Source: Candidatus Marinacidobacterales bacterium
Lineage (GTDB): Bacteria; Acidobacteriota; Vicinamibacteria; Marinacidobacterales; SMYC01
DNA: 64,000 nt
Direction of reading: 5' to 3'
Assembly: GCA_965237955.1 (NCBI GenBank)
Contig: OZ250169.1
Span: 3,392,001-3,456,000, forward strand
In this document: positions 10,907 to 20,196 of the stretch, in pieces
Position numbering within the stretch: the first letter of the stretch is position 1
Layout: each line of letters opens with the position of its first letter
Position numbers and translations under genes: made by a program
Notes under the pieces: generated by a model
What the model was told of the DNA's origin: nothing
Database searches by the model: none
The model's input: only the letters and a program-made list of their open reading frames with translations

Positions 10907-11581
10907 ATGGCCTTTCAAATAGGGGATAAAGTCGTTTATCCCAATCATGGCATTGGAGTTGTTGAGGATATCCAGTCTGACAAGATGGAAGAGATTCCTT
11001 CGGACTTCTATAAACTCCGAATCCTAGCGAACTCCACCGTCGTGAAAGTCCCGATCGAAAACGTCGACGGCGTCGGCTTGCGTCGCGTGATCTCGACTAG
11101 AGACGTCGATCGAATCTTCGACCTTCTCGAAAATAGAAAAATCGAGACCCATTCAAACTGGAAGGGACGTTACAAGGACAATTCGGACAAAATGCGCAGC
11201 GGCTCGATTTATGACGTAGCCGGTGTACTCAAAGACCTCTCTTTCTTAAGCAAGAAGAAGAGCCTTTCGTTCCGAGAAAAAAGAATGCTCGATCGAGCGC
11301 GCTTCCTCGTCGTCAGCGAGGTAGCCGAGGTTGCCGATGAGCCCCAGGACCTCGTGGAGCAGAAGATCGACATAGCCCTCTCTCGAGGGATGGAAGCGAA
11401 GAAGAAAGGCCGTACCAGCCTCAAGACGCTTTTGAAGAGAACGACCATGGCTGCCATGGCAGAGAATGGCCGTAGCGAAGGCGTGGCTCCCAAGCCGCAG
11501 CCTCGCGCCTCGACGAGAGTCAAGAGCGGGAAAAGCCGCAAGAAGCCGATCTCGATCTCGATCAATCGCTACTGCTGCTAA
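10907..11581 (+). CDS. carD: CarD/CdnL family RNA polymerase-binding regulator with basic C-terminal tail
   Basis: FQIGDKVVYPNHGIG, KVP...GLRRVI, NWKGRY, LSFREKRML; gaggtg RBS. Confidence 0.92.
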   Translation: MAFQIGDKVVYPNHGIGVVEDIQSDKMEEIPSDFYKLRILANSTVVKVPIENVDGVGLRRVISTRDVDRIFDLLENRKIETHSNWKGRYKDNSDKMRSGSIYDVAGVLKDLSFLSKKKSLSFREKRMLDRARFLVVSEVAEVADEPQDLVEQKIDIALSRGMEAKKKGRTSLKTLLKRTTMAAMAENGRSEGVAPKPQPRASTRVKSGKSRKKPISISINRYCC

Positions 11582-11608
11582 GAGCCTACGCTCGTTCTGA
11601 TACTATCG

Positions 11609-11647
11609 AAGCCCCTTCAGCCTTCGGGCTGGAGGGGCTTTGTTTTT
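11609..11647 (+). terminator. Rho-independent terminator after carD
   Basis: aagccccttcagcc-ttcg-ggctggaggggctt followed by tgttttt. Confidence 0.8.
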
Positions 11648-12367
11648 ATGCTAACCAGCGCCGTGCTCGCGATCGTGCTTCCGCTCTACACGTTCACCGT
11701 GGGCCTCGTCGGCATCCCCTATACGCTCGTCACCGGCGATTCCCGGCCGCTCTACTGGCTCGGGCGTCTCGGCGTCCGCATCGGCTTCGCCTTGGCGCGG
11801 ATCCGCATCGTGCTCCACGGGCGCGACAAGCTTCCCGAAAAGCCCCACTTCATCTACATGATGAACCACAACTCGAATCTCGATGCGCCTGCCGTCTTCG
11901 TCCACCTTCCCGGGGAGGTGCGCTTTCTCGTCAAGCAGGAGCTCTTCAAACTGCCGGTGCTCGCCACCGCCATGCGGCTCGGTGGGTTCGTTCCCGTCGA
12001 CCGCAGCAATCGAGAAAGTGCGATCGCGAGCGTCCGGAATGCTGCGCGGCTCGCGGCCGAGGGCGCATCGTTCCTCATCGCGCCCGAAGGGACGAGAAGT
12101 CGAACCGGAAAGCTCTTGAACTTCAAAAAGGGCGGCTTGCACATGGCGATCGAGTCCAAGGTGCCTGTCTTGCCGATCACGGTCATGGGCGCATACGAGC
12201 TCATGCCGCCGGAGAGCCTCGCCATCCGCTCCGGGACCATCGAGATCTACTTCCATGAGCCCATCGAGACCAAAGAGCTCGGTCCGTCGGGTCGCTCCGA
12301 GCTCATGAAGCGGGTGCGTGCGCCGATGGAAGAAACGCTGGCCCGCTATGGATATGGCGAGACTTGA
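11648..12367 (+). CDS. plsC: 1-acyl-sn-glycerol-3-phosphate acyltransferase
   Basis: NHNSNLD, PEGTRS, FKKGG acyltransferase motifs. Confidence 0.9.
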   Translation: MLTSAVLAIVLPLYTFTVGLVGIPYTLVTGDSRPLYWLGRLGVRIGFALARIRIVLHGRDKLPEKPHFIYMMNHNSNLDAPAVFVHLPGEVRFLVKQELFKLPVLATAMRLGGFVPVDRSNRESAIASVRNAARLAAEGASFLIAPEGTRSRTGKLLNFKKGGLHMAIESKVPVLPITVMGAYELMPPESLAIRSGTIEIYFHEPIETKELGPSGRSELMKRVRAPMEETLARYGYGET

Positions 12368-12388
12368 CGCCCGGTCCACGCGCCCAGA

Positions 12389-12418
12389 CAATAGATTCCA
12401 ATAGTTTCCAATAGTTTC
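12389..12418. repeat. Three tandem 10-bp repeats caatag(a/t)ttc
   Basis: caatagattc caatagtttc caatagtttc, AT-rich, about 30 bp upstream of the DUF4388 gene. Confidence 0.75.
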
Positions 12419-12448
12419 TAATCTCCGAATACAGGTATTCGCAGAGAA

Positions 12449-13264
12449 ATGTCAAGGTCGAAGGCAATTCCTCTCGAAGGGCAGGTCGGCTCTTCACTGA
12501 ATCACTTGGATATGCCGGAGCTTTTGTTTGCGGTGTGTGGCACGGGCAAAACTGGGCGGCTCGTGCTGCACGCGGGCGACGTCGAGAAAAGCGTCTTCCT
12601 CTCCGACGGGCAAGTTGTCTTCGCCGCGTCGTCTTCGCCGGACGATCGACTGGGTGCGTACATGTTGCAACGGAACGAGCTCGCGCTCGACGACCTCAGG
12701 CGTTTGAGCCCTCAAGTTCGTCCGGGCGTTCGTCTCGGCACGCTCCTCGTCCAGCACGGGCTCGTTCCCTCGAGCGATCTCGCCCGGGCGGTGGGCGGCC
12801 ATATCAAAGCCATTGTTCTGAGCCTTTTCGGGTGGACGCACGCCGCCTACTCTTTTCTGGAAGAGCCATCCGGGCCAGGGCGATCCATGAAAGACGAGGC
12901 CATTCGCCTCACGATTCCGACGGCACGCCTGATTGTGGACGGCATCGACCGTGTCCCGAGCTGGGAGCGGATCGTGAGGGGGCTCGGCTCGCTCGACGAG
13001 CGCTTCAGTATCCTGGGCGGCAACGTGGAATCGATGCGTTTGGCGGATCTCGATACCCCGAGCCTCGAGCTTCTCGCCATGTTGCGCCATCCCAAGAGCA
13101 TCAAGGAGCTCTGTGAGGCCAGCGATATGCCGGATATTGCCGTTTGTCGGAAGCTGTGGGCGTTTCAGGTGCTGGATTGGGTGCGTCCCGCCGATGAAAC
13201 CTCCGATCTCGACCTGGACCTCGAAGGCCTCGGCATGATTTTCGGCAATGACGCTCAGGATTGA
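12449..13264 (+). CDS. DUF4388 (PatA_N-like) domain protein
   Basis: LNHLDMPELL...GKTGRL...VFLSDGQVVFAASS...RLG...LFGW..Y.F pattern. Confidence 0.8.
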   Translation: MSRSKAIPLEGQVGSSLNHLDMPELLFAVCGTGKTGRLVLHAGDVEKSVFLSDGQVVFAASSSPDDRLGAYMLQRNELALDDLRRLSPQVRPGVRLGTLLVQHGLVPSSDLARAVGGHIKAIVLSLFGWTHAAYSFLEEPSGPGRSMKDEAIRLTIPTARLIVDGIDRVPSWERIVRGLGSLDERFSILGGNVESMRLADLDTPSLELLAMLRHPKSIKELCEASDMPDIAVCRKLWAFQVLDWVRPADETSDLDLDLEGLGMIFGNDAQD

Positions 13265-13386
13265 GTAAGGTGTTGAAGGTCAACAGCATAGCCGGGTGTG
13301 CTTTGACACCTTGTATTGCGGGCTGCTAGCATAGATCCTAGAAAATTCCGTCGCGCATTCTGTAGCCGCGCGGGGTCGAGTCCGTT

Positions 13387-14703
13387 TTGAAAGAGACACA
13401 AGTAGCTGCCGAGCGTGTGAGTGCCCCTGCTCCCGCGGCTGTCGAGAACGGGCATCATCCCGATACCTACCGCGAGCATCACGAAGAGCTGAAAAAGCGC
13501 CTGGCCAACGACGGGTTCTTGGGACTGTTGTTGATCGATGTCTCCGAGATCAACGAGGTCGAGCGCACCTACGGCTCCAGCAAGTACGAAGACTTGATGG
13601 AGATGGTGCGCAAGGTGGTCGCCGAGTTCAAAGGCGATCAGCTGCGGCACAACGACATCGTCACCCTGAACGAAAAAGCCGGCGACGTGTTTCTCATTTT
13701 TCTAGCGCCACGGAAGGAGTCTCAGCACCTCCTGGCGGAGGACATCGAGAAAATCGGCGAGCGCGTCGATGCGGAGCTCTCGCGCCGCATCCGGCAAACC
13801 GCATTCGCGATCTTGCGGAAGCGGCCCGAGGTCTATGTGGGCACGTCGCTCGTATTGCAAAACCCCCTCATTCGGGGAGAGCGTTTGGTGACGCGCGCCA
13901 TCGAAGAAGCGCACCACGCGGCCCGTTTGAACGTGCAGCGACGCCACCTGACGAACAAGCAAAACCTTCAGCGCATCATTCTCGAAAAACAGATCACGAC
14001 GGTGTTCCAGCCGATTTGGGATCTGGACAAACGCATCCCGCACGGTTTCGAGGCGTTGTGCCGCGGGCCGTCCGGGACCGAGCTCAGGAGCCCGGCGGCG
14101 TTGTTCGACATCGCGCGCAAGTCGAACTTGTTGTTCGAGCTCGACCATCTGTGCCGGCGCCAGGCGCTCGAGGCGGCCGGCGCCCGCGCGCAGCTTTCCA
14201 AAGAATACAAGCTCTTCATCAATACGCTGCCGTTCTCGATTCGAGATCCCCGCTTTCAAGGGAAGGATCTCATCGACTTGTTCGACGGCATCGACCTAGA
14301 GCCCGAGCAGATCGTTCTCGAAGTGACCGAGTCCGACGCCATCGACAACTTCCCGTTGTTCGTGAACGCGATGAAGGATTTCATGGACCTCCGGTGTCTC
14401 GTCGCCATCGACGACATGGGGGCAGGGTATTCGGGACTCGACAAAATCGTGCACCTTCGCCCGCACTATGTGAAACTCGACATGGGTCTCATCCGCGATA
14501 TCCACACCAGCTTCGTCAAACAGCAGCTGGTCCAAACGTTCAAGACCCTCGCCGACAAGATCGACGCCAAGCTCATCGCCGAGGGTATCGAGAGCAAGGA
14601 AGAGTTGGAAGTGGTGCGGGGGATTGGCGTCAACTTCATCCAGGGGAACCTGCTCGCCAAGCCGTCCCAAGCCTTCCAGACTTCGTCCAGCTACGAGTTG
14701 TAG
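13387..14703 (+). CDS. EAL-domain c-di-GMP phosphodiesterase with degenerate GGDEF-like N-terminal domain
   Basis: FQPI, EALCR, FIN, EVTE, DDMGAGYS, KLD, AEGIE, QG; N-terminal 'AGDVF' at the GGDEF position. Confidence 0.9.
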   Translation: MKETQVAAERVSAPAPAAVENGHHPDTYREHHEELKKRLANDGFLGLLLIDVSEINEVERTYGSSKYEDLMEMVRKVVAEFKGDQLRHNDIVTLNEKAGDVFLIFLAPRKESQHLLAEDIEKIGERVDAELSRRIRQTAFAILRKRPEVYVGTSLVLQNPLIRGERLVTRAIEEAHHAARLNVQRRHLTNKQNLQRIILEKQITTVFQPIWDLDKRIPHGFEALCRGPSGTELRSPAALFDIARKSNLLFELDHLCRRQALEAAGARAQLSKEYKLFINTLPFSIRDPRFQGKDLIDLFDGIDLEPEQIVLEVTESDAIDNFPLFVNAMKDFMDLRCLVAIDDMGAGYSGLDKIVHLRPHYVKLDMGLIRDIHTSFVKQQLVQTFKTLADKIDAKLIAEGIESKEELEVVRGIGVNFIQGNLLAKPSQAFQTSSSYEL

Positions 14704-14715
14704 CTTTTAAGCTCC

Positions 14716-14738
14716 GCCATCGGCCGTCAGCTATCGGC
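14716..14738. repeat. 7-bp tandem array (gccatcg family), single arm
   Basis: gccatcg gccgtca gctatcg gc, 12 bp after the EAL stop. Confidence 0.75.
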
Positions 14739-14941
14739 TTGCTATGCCTCAGTTGGACTTTCTCTTAATGTTCGTCGTACTTCAACATTTGCTTACGTTG
14801 CATTTTTTGGGCGTCATTATCGTCATTTTGTGATTGGAGTGAGGCGATTATGTTCGATTCGGTGCGTCGTGATCACATTATTGTTGACAGTCACACCTTC
14901 CTCATTTATGCTGAGGCGATATCGAAGGAAGGAGAGTTCCA

Positions 14942-16330
14942 TTGTCAACAACCATCGATTCCATCGCCGGGTACGAGCCGAAGACGAGTTGGACCAAATC
15001 CGAGATCCTGAACACGTCGAAGGAACTGGGCGTTCGCTTCCTGCGTCTCCAGTTCACCGATATCGTCGGCGTGAACAAGAACGTCGAAGTCCCGACGCAG
15101 CAGTTCGAGAAAGCGCTCGACGGGCAGATTGCTTTCGACGGGTCCTCGATCGACGGGTTCGTACGGATCGAAGAATCCGACATGATCTTGGTACCGGATC
15201 TCGATACCTTTCGAGTCCTCCCGTTTACCCAGAGTAACGACGACGGCGGCAAGCCCGACCTGGTCGCTCGTCTGATTTGCGACATCTACCATCCCGACGG
15301 CTCTCGCTTCGAAGGTTGCCCGCGCCTTGCTTTGAAGCGGATCACCGACGAGGCCAAGGCGATGGGCTACACGATGATGGCCGGCCCCGAAGCCGAGTTT
15401 TTCCTGTTTCAGCGCGGCCCGGATGGCCGTCCCACGACGGAGTCTCCCGATCGCGGTGGCTATTTCGATCTCACGCCTGTCGACCACGGTGAAGTGGCGC
15501 GCCGCGACATCGTGAACGTGCTCGAGGCCATGGGTTTCGAAGTGGAAGCAGCGCACCATGAAGTCGCACCTGCACAGCACGAGATCGATTTCCGTTACGA
15601 AGATGCCGTGACTACCGCCGACAACGTCGCCACGTTCCGCTTCGTCGTGCGTCATGTCGCGTTGCAGCACGGATTGCATGCGACGTTCATGCCCAAGCCC
15701 GTCTTCGGTATCAACGGCTCCGGCATGCACTGCCACCAGTCGTTGTTCGAAGGAAGCGAGAATGCTTTCTTCGATCCCGATGCGGAGTATCAGCTATCGC
15801 AAACCGCGCTCCACTACATCGGTGGGATTCTGCGTCATGCCCGTGGCTTTTGCGCGCTGACCAACCCGCTGGTGAACTCGTACAAGCGGCTCGTGCCCGG
15901 ATTCGAGGCGCCCACCAACGTGGCGTGGTCGATGAAAAACCGCAGCCCGCTCGTCCGCATTCCCGACAAGCGTGGCAACAGCACACGGTGCGAAGTTCGT
16001 ATGCCCGACCCGGCCGCGAACCCTTATCTCGCGCTCGCCGCGATGTTGAAAGCCGGTCTCACCGGTGTCCAAGAGCGCATCGATCCCGGCCCCCCGGTGA
16101 ACAAGAACATCTACGAGATGAGCCAACGAGAAAAGCGCCGACTCAAGATCGACGAGCTCCCAGGCACGCTTCGCGAAGCCATCGATGCACTCGAAAAAGA
16201 CAAGGTCGTGCAGTCGGCACTAACGCCGCACATCCTGACCCACTTCATCGAAGCCAAACGCGCCGAGTGGCACGACTACATCGTGCAGGTCCATGAGTGG
16301 GAAGTGAATCGTTATTTGAGTGTTTATTGA
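14942..16330 (+). CDS. glnA: Glutamine synthetase type I
   Basis: FDGSSI, GPEAEFF, HHEVAPAQHE, FMPKP, NGSGMH, NSYKRLVPG, NRSPLVRIP, EVRMPD. Confidence 0.97.
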   Translation: MSTTIDSIAGYEPKTSWTKSEILNTSKELGVRFLRLQFTDIVGVNKNVEVPTQQFEKALDGQIAFDGSSIDGFVRIEESDMILVPDLDTFRVLPFTQSNDDGGKPDLVARLICDIYHPDGSRFEGCPRLALKRITDEAKAMGYTMMAGPEAEFFLFQRGPDGRPTTESPDRGGYFDLTPVDHGEVARRDIVNVLEAMGFEVEAAHHEVAPAQHEIDFRYEDAVTTADNVATFRFVVRHVALQHGLHATFMPKPVFGINGSGMHCHQSLFEGSENAFFDPDAEYQLSQTALHYIGGILRHARGFCALTNPLVNSYKRLVPGFEAPTNVAWSMKNRSPLVRIPDKRGNSTRCEVRMPDPAANPYLALAAMLKAGLTGVQERIDPGPPVNKNIYEMSQREKRRLKIDELPGTLREAIDALEKDKVVQSALTPHILTHFIEAKRAEWHDYIVQVHEWEVNRYLSVY

Positions 16331-16334
16331 TCCA

Positions 16335-16364
16335 GCCATCGGCCGTCGGCCATCAGCCATCGGC
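16335..16364. repeat. 7-bp tandem array, left arm flanking the four-helix-bundle gene
   Basis: gccatcg gccgtcg gccatca gccatcg gc. Confidence 0.9.
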
Positions 16365-16369
16365 TCAGG

Positions 16370-16750
16370 TCAAGCCTTCGTGCTTCGTCGCCGTGCGGTG
16401 GGTTTCTCCAGCTCTGAGCGGAGTGCGTTCAGCATTCTGCCTGTTTCCGACACAGCGGCCGACAGCGGTTCGGAGTGGCCCAGGAGAAAGCCCAGGCGTC
16501 GTGCCAGCTCGAGTTGCGTCTCGACCTCCATGAGCGAGCCGTACGCGTAGCCGACGAAACGGCTGAAGTCACGGTCGGTTCGTCGACCTCTTCCCTCGGC
16601 AAGGTTCGACGGTATCGAAACAGCTGCCCGTCGGAGTTGTTGACTCAGCACGAACTTCTCCGCCGGAGGGAATTCACTCGTAGCTCGGTAGACCTGTTCG
16701 GCCAGATTCATCGCTGCGTGCCACACTCGCAAATCCTTGAAATGTCCCAT
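16370..16750 (-). CDS. Four helix bundle protein (TIGR02436 / 23S rRNA IVP / bAvd-like)
   Basis: FKDLRVW, FPPAEKFVLSQQLRRAAVSIPSNLAEG, AYGSLMEVETQL. Confidence 0.93.
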   Translation of the reverse strand: MGHFKDLRVWHAAMNLAEQVYRATSEFPPAEKFVLSQQLRRAAVSIPSNLAEGRGRRTDRDFSRFVGYAYGSLMEVETQLELARRLGFLLGHSEPLSAAVSETGRMLNALRSELEKPTARRRSTKA

Positions 16751-16796
16751 ACGAAGTCAAGACGATTTTTTCGTACGCCAACCTCCCTCGAAGAGA

Positions 16797-16824
16797 GGCC
16801 GATGGCTGATGGCCGATGGCCGAT
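16797..16824. repeat. 7-bp tandem array, inverted right arm flanking the four-helix-bundle gene
   Basis: ggc cgatggc tgatggc cgatggc cgat, the reverse complement of the left-arm unit. Confidence 0.9.
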
Positions 16825-17550
16825 CTAGTAGACCTCTAAAGTCACGTACGTCAACTCACCCTGACGCTCGACCTGCAAAACGATCGGGTCACCAGGATAG
16901 TACCGAGCAATCGCTGCTTTCAGCTCGGTGAGGCTCGAGACGTCGAGTCGATTCACCGAATAGATCACGTCTCCGGGAAGAAGGCCTTGACCTTGCCACG
17001 GTTGCGCTTCGCGTGCCCGCGCGGCGACGATGACGCCTCGGTTTCTGCGAAGGCCGGCGAACATCCCGGCGAGATCGTCGTCGAGGTCGATGCCGAGGAT
17101 TCCCAGTTGAAGCACGAGGTTTTGATCGGGGCGTACCAGGCTCGCGAACCGATCGGGGTGATGACGTCGTGCTGCCACTTCCACCGACAAGACGAGCTTT
17201 TCGGTGCCGCGGAGAACTGCGATCTCGACGCTCTCGCCGACACGCCGTTGATAAATGTTGACGCGTAGCTGGCGTCCGTTCTCCATGACCTTGCCGTCGA
17301 TGGTCGAGACGATGTCGCCTGGTAGGAGCCCCGCGGCCGCGGCCGTTCCGCCGGGAGCGACGTCCGCGAGGATAGCGCCCCAGTCTCGTTCGAGGCCGAG
17401 TCCGCGCGCCATCAAACGGTGTGATCGTCTGCGCATCGATGCCGATCTCTCCGCGGTGCACTCGACCGGTGGCTCGGATCTGTTCGAAAACGTTCTTGAC
17501 GATGTTACTCGGTGCGGCGAAACCCAGGCCCTCGTTCCCTCCCGAGAACT
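16825..17550 (-). pseudogene. HtrA/DegP serine protease C-terminal remnant (end of protease domain plus two PDZ); frameshift near 17418
   Basis: SGGNEGLGFAAPSN...GRVHRGEIGIDAQTITP, then LMARGLGL...GLLPGDIV...GLLPGDVI; the catalytic triad region is absent. Confidence 0.85.
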
Positions 17551-17621
17551 GGTTCGAAGAGCTCGAGCGACTCGTCCCGACGGACAACTAGCCAGGGGCG
17601 TCCCCCGTACACGCGGGTGCT

Positions 17622-19862
17622 ATGATGGCGCCCCCGATGCGTTTTTCGATCGTGATTGTCTCCCTCGTCCTCCTGTCGCAGTGTTCGGGGCCGCCGGAGG
17701 CGGTAAACGACGAGCCTCCAACTTACGTGGGGCGAGAAGCGTGCGCGGGCTGCCACGCGGCCGAGACCGAGCTTTGGGAAGGCTCGTACCACGATCTCGC
17801 GATGCAACCCGCGAGTGCGTCCACGGTGCTCGGGGACTTCGACGAGGCGACGTTCGATTATGCGGGTGTGACGTCGACGTTCTTCGAGCGCGACGGCAGC
17901 TACTTCGTTCGCACCGACGGTCCTGACGGCGAGCTCACGGAATACGAAGTCGCCTACACGTTCGGGGTGGAGCCGCTCCAGCAGTACCTGGTGCCTTTCG
18001 AGCGCGGTCGCTACCAGGCACTGAGTATCGCGTGGGACTCGCGACCTACAAACGTTGGCGGGGGGCGGTGGTTTCATCTTTATCCCGACGAACGAATCGA
18101 CCATGAAGACCCTCTTCATTGGACGAAGCGGTATCAGAACTGGAACGTCATGTGCTCCTCGTGTCACTCCACTGGTCTTCGCAAGAACTACGAGCTCGCC
18201 GACGATAGCTACGATACGGAGTTCTTCGAGATCAACGTTTCCTGCGAGGCCTGCCACGGCCCGGGCTCTCGACACGTGCAATGGGCGGAAGCGGGCGCGA
18301 GCGGCGACCCCGGCCTCACGCTTACGCTCCGAAGCGACGAGCCGGTATGGGTCATAGACGTCGCGACCGGGCTCGCCGAGCGGCAGCCCCCGCGGACCGA
18401 GCACGCCGAGATCGAAATGTGTGCCGCGTGCCACTCGCGGCGCGCGCAGTTGTACGAGGACGATGTGCACGGTCAGCCGTTTCTCGACGACTATCGGCCG
18501 GCGCTTCTCAGAGATCCGCTCTACCACGCCGACGGGCAAATCCGAGACGAAGTCTACGTGTACGGATCGTTTCTGCAGAGCAAGATGTATCGCAAAGGTG
18601 TCACCTGTCAGGATTGCCACGATCCTCACGGCCTCCACGTGCGGGCGGAGGGCAACGCCACGTGCGCGTCGTGCCACCTGCCCGAGAAGTTCGATACGGA
18701 GGCGCATCACTTCCACGAGCCGGAAACCCGCGGCTCGTTCTGCGTCGATTGCCACATGCCAGAGACGACGTACATGATTGTCGACCCGCGCCGTGATCAC
18801 AGCTTCCGGATCCCGCGCCCCGACTTGACGAGGTCGATCGGCGCGCCCAACGCGTGCAACGGGTGCCATAGCGAGCAGACCCCCGCATGGGCGGCTGCCG
18901 CAGTCGCAGATTGGTTCGGGCACGAGCCGACGTCCCACTACGGGGTCGCGCTCCACGCTGCGTGGAGCGGTGCACCGGGCGCGATCGATCAGCTGAGGCG
19001 GGTCCTGAACGATCCGGACGTGTCGGGCATCGTCAAGGCTTCGGCCGCCGCCTTGGCACCGACGATGGCGGCTCTTCAAAGTGACGACCCTCTCGTCCGT
19101 ACCGGAGGGCTCGCGGGCGCGGACGGACTCGACCCGACGCTCAAACACCAGCTCGTGATTCCTCTCCTCGACGACGACGTGCGCGCGGTCCGTATCGACG
19201 CCGCTCGGGTGTTGTCGTCCGTTCCGGCCGAGCGCTTCACCCCCGAGCAGCGATCGCTTTTCACGCGCGTCCTCGAAGAGTATCGCGACGTCCAGAAGCT
19301 CAACGCCGATTGGCCCGAGGCCCACATGAACCTTGGAGTCGTCGACGCGCAGCTCGGCGAGCTCGAGCGAGCGGAGCAGGACTACCGGGCGGCGCTCGCT
19401 CTCGATCCCGAGTTTGCGAGCGCGTACGTGAACCTGGCGGACGTGTACCGGGTCATGGGCCAAAACGATCGCAGTGAAGAGATACTGCGGCAAGCGCCTG
19501 ATGATGTCGCCGGCGTTCGTCACGCTCTCGGTCTCACCCTGGTGCGCCTTGGGCGGAACGAGGAAGCGCTCGAAGAGCTCCGGGTGGCTTCTGAGCTCAG
19601 CCCCGACGAGCCGCGCTACGCGTATGTGTACGGGGTTGCGCTCCAGAGTACCGGGGACGTCGAAAATTCTGTTCGGGTGTTACAAAAAGCGAGCGAGCGG
19701 CATCCATATAATGGAGATATTTTGGTAGCGTTGGTCACGACACATCGTGATCGCGGGGCGCTTCGCGACGCGTTACCCTATGCGCGCCGTCTCGCCGAGC
19801 TCAATCCGGCCGATACGTCGGTCCAGCAACTGGTAGCGCAGCTAGAAGCCGCGGTGCGCTGA
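17622..19862 (+). CDS. Multiheme (8 CxxCH) c-type cytochrome with HEAT/TPR C-terminus, exported
   Basis: CAGCH, CSSCH, CEACH, CAACH, CQDCH, CASCH, CVDCH, CNGCH; signal peptide; TPR repeats. Confidence 0.9.
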   Translation: MMAPPMRFSIVIVSLVLLSQCSGPPEAVNDEPPTYVGREACAGCHAAETELWEGSYHDLAMQPASASTVLGDFDEATFDYAGVTSTFFERDGSYFVRTDGPDGELTEYEVAYTFGVEPLQQYLVPFERGRYQALSIAWDSRPTNVGGGRWFHLYPDERIDHEDPLHWTKRYQNWNVMCSSCHSTGLRKNYELADDSYDTEFFEINVSCEACHGPGSRHVQWAEAGASGDPGLTLTLRSDEPVWVIDVATGLAERQPPRTEHAEIEMCAACHSRRAQLYEDDVHGQPFLDDYRPALLRDPLYHADGQIRDEVYVYGSFLQSKMYRKGVTCQDCHDPHGLHVRAEGNATCASCHLPEKFDTEAHHFHEPETRGSFCVDCHMPETTYMIVDPRRDHSFRIPRPDLTRSIGAPNACNGCHSEQTPAWAAAAVADWFGHEPTSHYGVALHAAWSGAPGAIDQLRRVLNDPDVSGIVKASAAALAPTMAALQSDDPLVRTGGLAGADGLDPTLKHQLVIPLLDDDVRAVRIDAARVLSSVPAERFTPEQRSLFTRVLEEYRDVQKLNADWPEAHMNLGVVDAQLGELERAEQDYRAALALDPEFASAYVNLADVYRVMGQNDRSEEILRQAPDDVAGVRHALGLTLVRLGRNEEALEELRVASELSPDEPRYAYVYGVALQSTGDVENSVRVLQKASERHPYNGDILVALVTTHRDRGALRDALPYARRLAELNPADTSVQQLVAQLEAAVR

Positions 19863-19879
19863 GAACGAAAGGAACGGGC

Positions 19880-20176
19880 ATGGCAGATATGCCAGATATT
19901 AATGATAAATTCGGCGACCTCATCGAGACCTTGAAACAGCAACGCGACGAGCTCAAAGTGCGGATGCACCTGGGCTCGCTCGATGCGAAGGATGAGTTCG
20001 AAGCGCTCGAGAAAAAGTGGGAGCATTGGAGTGCCGAGGCGAAAGCGCAAGCCAAACCACTGCGCGAGGTCATGGAAGACTCCGCCAAGAACGTCGGCTC
20101 GGCCCTCGAACTCGTGCTCGGCGAGGTCAAGGAAGGCTACGAGCGGATCAAGAACCAGCTGAAGTCCGAGGACTAG
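19880..20176 (+). CDS. Small helical hypothetical protein
   Basis: 98-aa ORF with aaagga RBS and host-like codon usage. Confidence 0.7.
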   Translation: MADMPDINDKFGDLIETLKQQRDELKVRMHLGSLDAKDEFEALEKKWEHWSAEAKAQAKPLREVMEDSAKNVGSALELVLGEVKEGYERIKNQLKSED

Positions 20177-20196
20177 AAACGGAAAAAGGCCGGTTC

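Noticed and set aside
14860-14900. GlnR/NtrC box upstream of glnA
   Set aside because: AT-rich with partial dyads, but no convincing consensus match.
16370-16750. Diversity-generating retroelement or 23S intervening sequence
   Set aside because: An Avd-like fold alone is insufficient; no reverse transcriptase, TR/VR pair or rRNA is in the window.
17505-19523. Long antisense ORFs (also 23435-24916, 45170-46600, 55758-57056, 60267-62501)
   Set aside because: Shadow frames of real GC-rich genes, with no recognisable motifs.
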